Shown here: positions 25,491-26,286 of the stretch, piece after piece | Position numbering within the stretch: position 1 is the stretch's first letter | Layout: each line of letters begins with the position of its first letter | Position numbers and translations under genes: made by a program | Virus record (IMG/VR): IMGVR_UViG_3300050195_000084 | Location: 1-26,286 of that record | Source of the DNA: a virus | Taxonomy: Duplodnaviria; Caudoviricetes | Direction: 5' to 3' (one strand) | Length of the DNA stretch: 26,286 nt | Notes under the pieces: model-generated | The model's database searches: none | The model's input: only the letters and a program-made list of their open reading frames with translations | Told to the model about the DNA's origin: nothing

Positions 25491-25544
25491 ACCGCTCAGG
25501 TCGACGGGCGCGTTCGGGGTGTCCACGGGGTGTTCGGTTGGCAT
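25449..25544 (-). pseudogene. mutS: 5' remnant of DNA mismatch repair gene mutS, cut by prophage integration
   Basis: Minus-strand translation from ATG 25544: MPTEHPVDTPNAPVDLSGHTPMMQHYLLNRA*. HTPMMQxYL is the conserved MutS N-terminal motif. Codons switch from GC-rich to AT-rich right after MMQ. Confidence 0.85.
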
Positions 25545-25717
25545 CGACGAAGAGGTCTTGGAAGGGCGCGCGGGCCGCGCGAGCGTCGGCGGCGAGGCGC
25601 GGATTATCTCGCGCGCTGCGGCCGCCGCTCCCGTGTCAAAGAGCTATCGACGCGGGCGGCATCCGCCCGTGCGGCGCGGGCCGAACGAGCCCGCGCCGTG
25701 GATCGCGTTGCGGACGA

Positions 25718-26286
25718 TCAGAGGCGCGAGCGCGGGGTGCGCGGGCCGGTGACCTTGAGCGCCTTGCGTTCCTTGACGGCCGGTGCGGGCGCCGGTGCGG
25801 CCTCCGCGCCGGCGTCGACGTCGGCCAGGAAGGCGTCGGTCGCGTCCGCTGCGGCCAGGCCGCTCGCCGACGGCGCGACTTCGCTGCCGTCGTCCTTGAT
25901 GATGCGCGAGTACGGCGCCAGGATGTTGACGAGCTGGCCGTAGACCTTCGGGTTGCCGGCGACGACCTCGCGCTGGTAGAGGAAGTCGGCCTCGCCGCTG
26001 AAGTTGCCGATCAGGCCGCCGGCCTCGGTGATGATCAGCGATCCGGCGGCGATGTCCCACGGGCTCAGCCCGGTCTCGAAGAAGCCGTCGGTGTAGCCGG
26101 CGGCCACGTAGCACAGGTCCAGCGACGCGGCGCCCGGGCGGCGCAGGCCGGCGCACTGCTGCGAGATCTCCTCGAACATCTTCATGTAGCGCTTGAAGTT
26201 GTCGCCCTTGCGGAACGGGAAGCCGGTGCCCACCAGCGATTCGGCCAGGCGCAGGCGCTTGGACACGCGCAGGCGGCGCTCGTTGA
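25718..26286 (-). CDS. suhB: Inositol monophosphatase family protein SuhB, 3' part (5' end outside the window)
   Basis: [27 protein letters not shown] and [18 protein letters not shown] motifs. The frame stays open to the window edge (...[10 protein letters not shown]). Confidence 0.93.
   Translation of the reverse strand, partial: NERRLRVSKRLRLAESLVGTGFPFRKGDNFKRYMKMFEEISQQCAGLRRPGAASLDLCYVAAGYTDGFFETGLSPWDIAAGSLIITEAGGLIGNFSGEADFLYQREVVAGNPKVYGQLVNILAPYSRIIKDDGSEVAPSASGLAAADATDAFLADVDAGAEAAPAPAPAVKERKALKVTGPRTPRSRL

Noticed and set aside
25603-25639. TTGACA (25639-25634) and GATAAT (25608-25603) on the minus strand as the mutS sigma70 promoter
   Set aside because: The spacing is 25 nt rather than 16-18, so they cannot form one canonical promoter. 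GATAAT alone may still be the -10.
25470-26156. ORFs 25470-25943 (+), 25519-25752 (+) and 25644-26156 (-)
   Set aside because: Antisense or off-frame to the mutS remnant and suhB, with no motifs.

Overview
High-GC window, probably from a Burkholderiales-type betaproteobacterium (inference from GC content and the suhB/mutS sequences). About 25.4 kb is the right-hand part of a temperate P22-like (short-tailed) prophage, read almost entirely on the + strand. Gene order: Cro/CII-like regulators; DUF1376 replication initiator with an internal iteron/AT-rich origin; nin-like small ORFs with RusA; Q-like antiterminator and late terminator; a ~290-nt structured non-coding segment; TerS, TerL and portal; an inserted SGNH-hydrolase gene; scaffold, P22-type coat, gp4/gp10-like tail hub and small tail proteins; a cupin + Asp/Asn-beta-hydroxylase pair; three DNA-ejection proteins; a small antisense membrane protein; an SGNH-esterase tailspike; and a terminal lysis cassette. 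The prophage ends inside the first codons of host mutS (remnant ...GHTPMMQHYLLNRA*), next to the 3' part of suhB. Most notable: (1) a lysis cassette with no canonical spanin, ending instead in a protein with an N-terminal membrane anchor and a C-terminal four-strand outer-membrane beta-signal domain, next to an L,D-transpeptidase-like DUF5675 lysin; (2) integration into mutS, a possible mutator switch; (3) two cupin-fold metalloproteins, one a clear Fe/2OG-type oxygenase, inside the virion module; (4) candidate structured RNAs ahead of terS and the scaffold gene. All family calls come from motif recognition and synteny by eye; no searches were run.
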